A stretch of 64,000 bases of DNA from assembly GCF_006345805.1 (NCBI RefSeq), contig NC_043004.1:53878001-53942000 (forward strand). The letters are read 5' to 3'. The position numbers and the translations under genes were made by a program. The notes beneath the pieces were generated by a model. That model saw nothing but the letters and a program-made list of their open reading frames with translations. It was not told the origin of the DNA and made no database searches. Source of the DNA: Octopus sinensis (taxonomy: Eukaryota). The first letter of the stretch is position 1. Every line of letters starts with the position of its first letter. Below, one piece after another: positions 54,859-64,000 of the stretch.

Positions 54859-56519
54859 CATATAGATATATATGGTGGCAAGGAATTTGTTTTCCTTACG
54901 CTTTCATCGAGCACATACCTTGCAGCACATTGGGCTCCTCTATAGATAACAAGTGCCAGATGATGTTGTTTAACAGTGTGAGGGATTGTGCTTCTAACCA
55001 TAGAACACATTCATTCTATCTGATTGAATTCTTCGACACCACCTTTTACATGCACACCTAATCAACCAAAGCATTCGCTACATTATCCTTACTTTGTCAT
55101 CTACATTTCTGCATGAAATATCGGCTGAGATCTGCTTAAAATCCCAGTTAATTATTTTCAAGAGTTCAGAAATCTCAGAGATTCTCTAAGTCTTACGACA
55201 TACCTACAGGGTGTGCGACTGTGGCTTTCACATCTAGATTAATCATGAGTGTATGTTTTAAGACATTAAAGCTAGAACACAGCACTGGGCGTAAGGTCAT
55301 GTATAGAACATACTATTTATGTCAATAAACGTATCATTAATATGATAATTAATATCAATCTGTAGTTTGTCGCAGCGGAAATGGAAAACTCTCTTAAGCA
55401 TATACATTAATGGAAGACATTGTAAAGCCGTCAGTTATGATTTCAGCAAACGCTTCCACAATAAAACTGAAAAAAATTCAAGTAAGATCTCATCAAATTC
55501 TTCTACTTTCGCAACACGTAAAGCGCCAGAATTACTTCATCAAGCAACACGTTGAATGACTTACTCAAAACGATATATATCATCTCCAAAACGAAATAAA
55601 TTCTATCAAGTACATTAATTATCCTCTGATTTGCAGTGTTAATTATATCCTCTCTCAAACTTTTTCCTGTTATCACCTATATTCTCACCACTCTTTGTAC
55701 ATAGAGCCTCGGAGAAATCCTGAAATTTGTCTGAGTTAGACACTGTCATATCAAATGAAGAGAAAGAGAATACCTGAGCTAAAACGCGAGTTCACCTTAA
55801 TTATCTCATCGCTTAAATCCGTCACTCTTCATATCGCATCTTTGTATACAAATACCTATCACCTATTTTTGTATACAAAATTTTGGATAATGCCTCGACA
55901 AAAGCCTGAGCTAAACATTGTCATGTCGTCAAAAGTTATCAAGAAAATACTTGCACTTCACCTCAGGCTTACGAAAAAAGACTTATTTATGTTTTCCTCA
56001 ATATCCTCAATTATAGACTCACTAAAGATTCAATCGAATCTAACCAAAAATGCATTTGTAAATAATCTTACAAAAGAAAATTCATGTATCTAAACTTATT
56101 GCAATTATTATTTTTTTTTCTTTTCTTTTGATGAAAATTCTAATATTTCGTCGTTTAGAAAAACTAAAGTAAAAATATAAAATATTTAAACGAGTACATT
56201 TTTTTTTTTTTTCTTCACTTTCAATAACCAGAAATTATCGGATGTTGTTTTACACGATTCCCCCTGTGGCATTGACAGACCATGACGGGGAAATTCTGTA
56301 ATTCTGACTGACATCTTAATGAAACTCTGCTTAGGAAAACATAAAAAGAACTGGAATAAAAATGGAAAAAAGAAAAAAATATAGAACAAAACGACATCAG
56401 AAAGCTTTCTGTTTTCTCTATTTTCTGCAAATGGAGAATCGATAATTCAGTGAGAATGTTGTTGTTGATTTAAATGATAATAACAATAATTCTTTTCTCT
56501 GGAGTTCAGGAGGAGTAGG

Positions 56520-57233
56520 ACGACATGGACGACGACGACGACGTCGATGACAATGACAATGACGTTGTTGCTGCTGTTGTTGATGATGATGATGATGATG
56601 ACGATGATGGTGATGGTGATGATGATGATGGTGGAGGTGATGATGATGATGGTGACGATGATGGTGGTGACAATGATGATGATGATGATGATGAGGATGA
56701 TGATGAAAAGGAGGAGGAGGAGGATGATAATGATGATGATGATGATGAATGAGTGATGATGATGGTGATGATGATGATAATGATGATGATGGTGATGATG
56801 ATGGTGAGGATGATGGTGATGATGATGATGGTGATGATGATGATGATGGTGGTGATGATGATGATGATGATGATGGTGACGATAATGATGATGATCGTCA
56901 TCATCGTTGTTGTAACCGTCGTGATAATAACAGTCACCATGGAGAGAGGAGGATAAAATGATTATGATAATAATGGGATGAGGATGATGATGGGGTGACG
57001 ACGACTGTACTGATGACAAACGTCATCATTGTTCTCGTGTTCGTCGTCGTCATCGCCAATGTCATCGTCATCATCATCATTGTCGTAATAATCATCATCA
57101 TCATCATCGTCATCATCATTATCATCGGGAGGAAGATTAAAATTGATTATGAAGATTGTAATGAATAGGATGGTAAGGAAGAGGAGGAAGACAAGGAGGA
57201 AGATCAAATGATTATGGTGAGAATAATAATATC

Positions 57234-57274
<41 letters not shown>

Positions 57275-57430
57275 CAAAAACAACGACGACGACGTCGATG
57301 GTGATTTGATGATGATGGCGCTGTAGATGATGATTGTGATGATGATGATGACGGCGACGATGATGATACTGATGGCGGAGTGTATGACGATGATAATGAT
57401 GATGATGATGATGATAATGATGATGATGAT
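56520..57430. repeat. Degenerate (GAT)n/(ATC)n trinucleotide field
   Basis: Direct reading; source of poly-D/M/H/S/I ORFs in all frames. Confidence 0.95.
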
Positions 57431-58306
57431 ATCCAATATGACTAATCGTAACAGTTGAATAATACATCAGATCAACCAGGTCACCGATGTTTGATGTGAT
57501 GTTGACTCCAATTGAACTGTTCTCTATGACAAGCAAACGGACACATACACACACATGCACAAGCAGACACACACATAGAGACACACGTGCACATGCATGA
57601 AGAAGCACACAATACCAGACACACATGCACATATGTATTCGCATTCAAGTGTACATAAAGATATATTATTATTCATAGAAGATACATCAACTCACACAAG
57701 TTTCTATAGAAGCTTGAAAGCATATTCGCGTTTATTTAGAAAATTATTTTGATAATCGCAACAATGAAGGAATATTTGTGCATTGCACATCCCACCAACT
57801 GTCCGCGGCCAACAAGAAATAATAGCAAAATATCCTTGTCCTTCGAATGAGTCCCGGTTGATATTTGAAAGGAAGTGGGGATACATTCGATCATATATCT
57901 TCTGGAGCAGACTTGGTACACCGCCAAACAACCACGAAAATTAGAAATAGAAGCATTAACCACATTTTCTTCAAATCTTAATATACGGTCTTTATACATG
58001 ATGTAAATATTGCACACGATAATTCCAAGGACATTATAAATGAATTAAAGATGGAAAGAAAACCCCTGTTCATTTATTTACTAGCTCACAATATGAACTT
58101 AGTTACACATACACGGACTGACATAAATGAAGCACTACACAAATAAGACTATGGCGCACAATTAAACGAAATAATTAGATGGGATTTCAACATGTGACAC
58201 TCGTAACACATTTTGTATATTTTAATATGGATGCAAATACTAAAACGCAGATTCACTTAGTGCTACGTATATTTATAGTGAAGCAGTAATGCTACGTATA
58301 TTAATA

Positions 58307-58568
58307 AAAAAATTAATTAATGCGCCCTTTTCAAGCCTAGCCAGTCTCATGTGCCCGGTTTCCCGGTTTCAATGGCGTATGTGTTCCCCAGCTGGACGGG
58401 ATGTCAGTCCATCGCAGCGTTACTCATTTTTGCCAGCTGATTGGACTGGAGCAACGTGAAATGAAGTGTTTTGCTCAAGACCACAACGCGTCGCCCGGTC
58501 CAGGAATCGAAACCACAATCTTACGATCTTGATCCTGACACACTAACCACTAAGCCACGCGACTCCAC
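58307..58568 (-). mobile_element. tRNA-derived SINE, family B (CORE-like body + Meta/V-like tail)
   Basis: Minus strand gtggagtcgcgtggcttagtggttag...ggtttcgattcc...ttgagcaaaacacttcatttcacgttgctccag...gctgcgatggactg; imperfect TSD cgtata(t/c)taata. Confidence 0.88.
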
Positions 58569-59719
58569 TCGTATACTAATAGTGCTACGTATATGAATAG
58601 TGAAGCAATAATGATAAAACATAACTGTCTTCAGTATATAGGTTACAAAACATTTTCCAAACCAAGGATGCGTAGAACTCACATAGTTGACTGTATGTAA
58701 TGGAAGAACGTTGTCATACTATACAGTGATATATAGCGTGTCTCTCTTATGAAGGAAGTTACTATGTTTATAAGACTAGTCATTGCGGGAGTTGTCATTA
58801 AAATCACGTAAAGCTTTCATATTAAATGGCTTTCTCGTTTGATATGTTACATCAATTCTTGCCCATGCAATATTTTGACGTATACAGTTATGTGGTTACT
58901 CGATATTAGAGCTTTGATACTTTTATGCTGACGCATACAATATGTGTGTGTTTGTGTGTGTATGTGTGTGTGTGTGTGCTTATATAATTCCGGTTCATGT
59001 TCAAGTACCAATCGACCTAAGCAACAATTCTTAATGATTCATTCTTCAATGAAGAAATAAAGCAAAACTAAGCTGTAAGTGTTTGCGAACATAAAACAAA
59101 ATGGGATAAAATTTCAGTTTAATAAAATTCAGTTCCTCAAAAATTGTATTTCCATTCTTATGGCGAAAATTTTTGTAATAAACCGAAGTAGCAGTTATGG
59201 GTCCATGACTTTCTTAATGAAGCTGATCCACGTTGGATAACATACTGAAGCCTGTTTTGATGAGTGGCAGGGAATTTGAACATGTTAAATAGCTAAATAA
59301 AAATGTGAAATGTGAAGATAACATGTAAGATTTATCGGTTAAATACAGTAAGTGATAGAGTATTAAAACCTCATTGTGCTCCAGTATTCGTTTCTAATTT
59401 CTAAATGAGAAATATCATGTGTCTGTATTTCCCGAACAATTCTGATCTCTTAGTAAAGGAGCCCGATATAGAATACTGATTATCTGGAAATAAAATCTTT
59501 TCTATAAGAGGTTAGCACTATTTTTGTGTGGTCTTCAGTATATTTTGTACTTAAATTTCTTTATTTTAGTATCAACTTGATATTTAATTACTTTATTTCT
59601 GAGGCGCTCATTCTAGTACCATCTTAGAATTAGAAGAAAATATTTTTTTGGCGCACGTGTTAGTACCTATGTTAGAAATAGAAGAAAATATTACTAACTC
59701 TGTTTGAGTAACTGTAATT

Positions 59720-60115
59720 TATTGGGTTGTCCGAAAGGTTCGTGCCGATTTTTATAGGAAAGAAAAAGATGAATAAATACTTGCCATTACATTTTTAATC
59801 AACCAAATATGAACCATTTTGTGGCACAATGCGTCTCCATCTTTCCTCCTCTAACTTGAAAATACCCTCTTCCCAGATTTGAAGGGGTTTCTTGGGAAAG
59901 AATGCATCAAGGTATCTTTTTACGTCATCCAAGGAATTGAAATTTTTACCATTAAGACTATTCTGCAGAAACATGAATAAGTGGAAATTCGAAAGAGCAA
60001 TATCTGGTGAATATGGAGGGTGAGGTAACGAATCCCAGCCGAGCTGCAGCAATTTTTGTCTGGTTCCCAAAGCATCAAGTGCCGAAAATGAACTTTCTTA
60101 TCTTCCATTTTAAAG
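59720..60115 (-). mobile_element. Internally deleted mariner
   Basis: MEDKKVHFRHLMLWE joined directly to TRQKLLQLGWDSLPHPPYSPDIALSNFHLF; TIR tattgggttgtccgaaagg at 59720. Confidence 0.9.
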
Positions 60116-61030
60116 GGTTACATAATTAACACAGGTTATGGGAACATAAACCGTCTTCCACGAAAAGATAGCTTAAACCGTGCTCTAAATGGAGGTGTAG
60201 TCAAATCCTATTTTATGGACTCAACCATGTTCTAAAGTAAGTCGAAAGTTAAGCTACTATCAATCGGTATGTTCTTAGAGTTTACGTGTAGACTAAATTA
60301 TATCTTTGATACACTGTCTTCTAAGCAACTATTTAACGCTATGTTTTCAAAATCTCTTGCTAGTGTCGTTAATTAAAATTTTGAAAACCTTGAAGAGTGT
60401 GTGGAATTTTATCTACTAGGTGCAATAGGTAATTACTCGAGCATTTCATTCTGCTTAATTATCAGCCTTTTTAGATTATATATTTACTATATGTGTGTGT
60501 ATATGTATGTGTGTGTGTATGAGTGTGTATGTGTGTATGTGTGCATGTGCGTGAGTGTATGTGTTGATGCAGACGATACAGTTTGCGGTGCTCATCCAAG
60601 TCACTTAAATTTTACACTTTTGAAAATAGTAGAAATATGAAACAAGCAAATTTTATTAATATTAATATCAATAAATTCTTCTTTATACATGCGCAGTGCA
60701 TTTCCAATTTTTGTCATGCCCTTTATAAACACACACACACACACATATATATATACACACATATGCATACATATATATATATGTATGTATATATATATAT
60801 AATAGAAATATTAAAATTACTAAGTCTCTATAAAAGAGATTACGGCAGCGTTTACTGGAAATTAATTGTTATCGCCATATTAATATGGCATTCTTATAGA
60901 TATAAGAATAATCGCTGCCGCTGGTCAGCTCCATGAGGCCACCGCCTTAAGATAGCTATTGATACACGATCTGTATTCATTATAACCTTCGAACAAGGGA
61001 GGTCAGCCGCTTCATACTGCCAGTCCGACA

Positions 61031-61066
61031 GCTACAGACGCGTTTCGGGGTATTGCCCCTTGTCAA
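61031..61066 (-). ncRNA. Inverted, 5'-clipped copy of the U3-A8 hammerhead
   Basis: TTGACAA-gggg-caata-cccc-GAAAC-gc-GTC-tgtagc; 5' strand of helix I replaced at the inversion junction. Confidence 0.65.
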
Positions 61067-61316
61067 TAGCTATCTTAAGGCGGTGGCCTCATGGAGCTGA
61101 CCAGCGGCAGCGATTATTCTTATATCTATAAGAATGCCATAATAATATGGCGATAGCAATTAATTTCCAGTAAACGCTGCCGTAATCTCTTTTATAGAGA
61201 CTTAGTAATTTTAATATTTCTATTATTGAAAACAAGTGGATGTATTCCACTGAAACTAGGTAAATAGAAACCTTCGAACAGAGACGTCAGTGGCGACACC
61301 TGCGGGGTCTGACTGC

Positions 61317-61358
61317 GCTACATTGACAAGGGGCAATACTCCGAAACGCGTCTGTAGC
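61317..61358 (+). ncRNA. Type I hammerhead ribozyme with U3-A8 variant core
   Basis: gctaca-TTGACAA-gggg-caata-ctcc-GAAAC-gc-GTC-tgtagc; helix I 6 bp perfect, helix II 4 bp, palindrome ACGCGT. Confidence 0.78.
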
Positions 61359-61510
61359 TGTCGGACTGGCAGTGTGAAGCGGCTGACCTCCCTTGTTCGA
61401 AGGTTATAATGGATACAGATCGTGTATCAATAGCTATCTTGGAGCTGACCAGCGGCAGCGATTATTCTTATATCTATAAGAATGCCATATTAATATGGCG
61501 ATAACAATTA

Positions 61511-61578
<68 letters not shown>

Positions 61579-62379
61579 CACACTCATGTATGTATGTATA
61601 TATATATGTGTGTGTATTCTATATTTTCTGAGGAGGGAAATGTACATGATGTATACTATTTATATTTATCAAATTGGTATCCTCATGTCGGAGACTACAC
61701 AAATCTCCGATAATGACACCTGTTAATGGTTAGAATCGGAACTAATCGAATTTCAATACGTATATATTTACATTAAACACTAATTTCACTCTGCTGCTGA
61801 TAAAATAATTACTACAAAATAAAAACTAGAATGATAATCTTATTTAACAAAATCTCCTCTCAAACATCGACGCCTTATGCGCAACTAATTTCCGCCCATA
61901 ATGAATATATAATATATATCGCAATACAATATATGCCACGTATATGCCCGGTAACATAACCCTTATTACCATTCCGAAAACTAAAAGCGTGTCTACATTA
62001 TTCGCTATCTTGAAATTGGTATTGTGGACTACAATCTCACGTTTCAATTAACAAGAACACATGTTAATTACCAAAAATTTCCACGTTAATTTAGCATGTA
62101 ATAACGTTTGCGACATTGCACCTCTATTCTGAAGCATGATTTTTAAATCATTATTATTGGGTTATTTGTTTTCAAAAGACCTTTTCCTTTCTGTATCTTA
62201 TTAATTTTTGTCTGATGGTGTTAATACTCTCTTTCTATTATTTCCTCAATTTAACTCACACATTTCTTTGTTCGGGGTGATTATAATTGTGAAAAATCCT
62301 GCACATTCTCATTTACTTGTATTATTAACAGAATCAATTACTATTATTAAAAGATTTCATTATTATTATTATTATAAAT

Positions 62380-62403
62380 AAGAACAAGAACAATAATAAT
62401 GAT

Positions 62404-62480
<77 letters not shown>

Positions 62481-62646
62481 ATAATTATGACATTTATCAA
62501 ATTTAATTCCGACGATAGAAATCTGCACTAATACAATTTCAAAACCATAACACGATGGCGCCAACTGAAATAACAGATGTAATCAAAGAGAGAGAGATTA
62601 TAATCACAGCGATGCAGACGAGTAATTCATAGCAACAGTTGCAATA

Positions 62647-62725
<79 letters not shown>
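62380..62725. repeat. (AAT)n microsatellites
   Basis: Direct reading. Confidence 0.95.
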
Positions 62726-62726
<1 letters not shown>

Positions 62727-64000
62727 GTTTCTTTTATCGGCCACAACAGCACAAGTCATAGATGACAGTATCAAAGGACGATTTACAATGCACAAAAGCT
62801 GGTAGGATTTCAAATCGATCAAAGGGAGATCTACCACATTAAATGATATAATAAAGTATATATAAATACTTGTCAGAGAAATAAACCATTAATAAATAAA
62901 AATTTAAGATTCCAAATAGCGAGGCAGTCCTCTTTCTTTCTGCATTACAGAAATATATTCTGTGTGAGTGTGTAATTTCTCTGGGCGGTGCTTATATTTG
63001 AGACATTTGTAGGTCGGAGAGTGTTATCGATTTCTGTATAGTAAGTTGATGCTCTTGTGGCAGTCGTGAATTTTGTATATTACCTTATCTATTAATTTTG
63101 TAAACCGGGGGGTTTTCATCTGTAGCAATAACCATTTTAGCCATTTTAAAATGTGGCGCGAATTGGCAATATGACGTAATGTCTTTGCCGAAGAATTATC
63201 ATTTTCGTTTTTTTTCCATTGGTTAATATAACTGCTCATATAAAGATTCTAGAAGTTTCGTAAAGAATATCTGTCATGAATTTCGATTCTTTTTAGTCAA
63301 GTTGAGCAGTTATAAAAACCCTGGATTTTGGAAAATATTTCAGTGTTCGTTGGTGACACGGAACTCCACGTTACTCACTCTTTTGGAGACATCGGTAATT
63401 TTTATGCCATGTCTAAGTTAATCACAAATCTATTTTGATTTGTTGGTTAATGTATTAGATAGAAAGAAGAACTTAGCTAAGGAATTTATAGTCATTTTTC
63501 TTCAAGACAAAGTTATGTTTCTTACTGTAAATAATATAAAATGTTATATTTATATAATAAAAAATAATTAAAAAGAAAATGTTTCTCTTCACGTTTGTTT
63601 TTTAACTGAGCATCGATAAATATGCATTTCTGTAATCTTTGATTTATGTTTCTTATAGCGGTTTAAAGGACACAATTAAAATATTCAACATACATGTCAT
63701 TTGCGTATATGTCTATATGACGTTATAACTGTAGTTAGGGTTTATAGGTATAATGATAACACTTGTGTATAAGTGACGTTGAATCATTATATTCTCCCTT
63801 ACTCAGAGAAAAGACAAATAAAATAATATAACCTAAGAGAAAGCTTAAGGTAGAATAACCGAAAACCAGAGTTTACTTTTGGACAAATGAATATGTGTTT
63901 GTGTGTGTCAATTTGTTTTTACTAAAAAGAAGTGAAGTGTGTGTGTGTGTGTGTGTGTTCAGTTAGGTAGCTGCTCTCGCCAGGTTAGTATACTATTTTC

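Larger units (their letters stand above)
60800..61514. mobile_element. Fold-back element from a 364-nt circularly permuted monomer with variant HHR
   Basis: Right arm 61063-61514 (tcaatagctatctt recurs at 61427; period 364); left arm 60800-61067 is an inverted permuted copy; both ends in (TA)n. Confidence 0.9.

Noticed and set aside
56447-57644. His-, Asp-, Met- and Ser-rich ORFs
   Set aside because: All frames are open because of a degenerate (GAT)n field; no flanking coding context
57704-58017. Possible Helitron helicase fragment (KIY..PHFLSNIN)
   Set aside because: Resemblance too weak without a profile search

Overview
AT-rich, microsatellite-dense animal genomic DNA, probably from an octopus or other coleoid cephalopod (inferred from the SINE families, not verified). 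No host protein-coding gene can be supported; nearly all listed ORFs are translations of simple repeats or decayed transposon ORFs. The window contains many tRNA-derived SINEs, several with 12-20 bp TSDs. It also holds Tc1/mariner remnants, a 5'-truncated L1/Tx1 LINE embedded in (TATC)n, a decayed Gypsy LTR element with a nested Tx1 fragment, a non-autonomous Helitron, and two Penelope-like elements (PLEs): a 3' GIY-YIG fragment and a full-length but disrupted Naiad-like element. The most notable signal is non-coding. Three sequence-unrelated families of 0.3-0.95 kb fold-back elements sit in or beside (TA)n tracts and carry type I hammerhead ribozyme (HHR) motifs. Two of these elements are circularly permuted monomers (432 and 364 nt) copied more than once and then inverted. 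Two families have unusually long helix II domains (43 and 58 nt). One family has a compensated U3-A8 catalytic core that a standard CUGANGA search would miss. The data suggest a PLE-mobilised, retrozyme-like self-cleaving RNA system; ribozyme activity and novelty still need testing.
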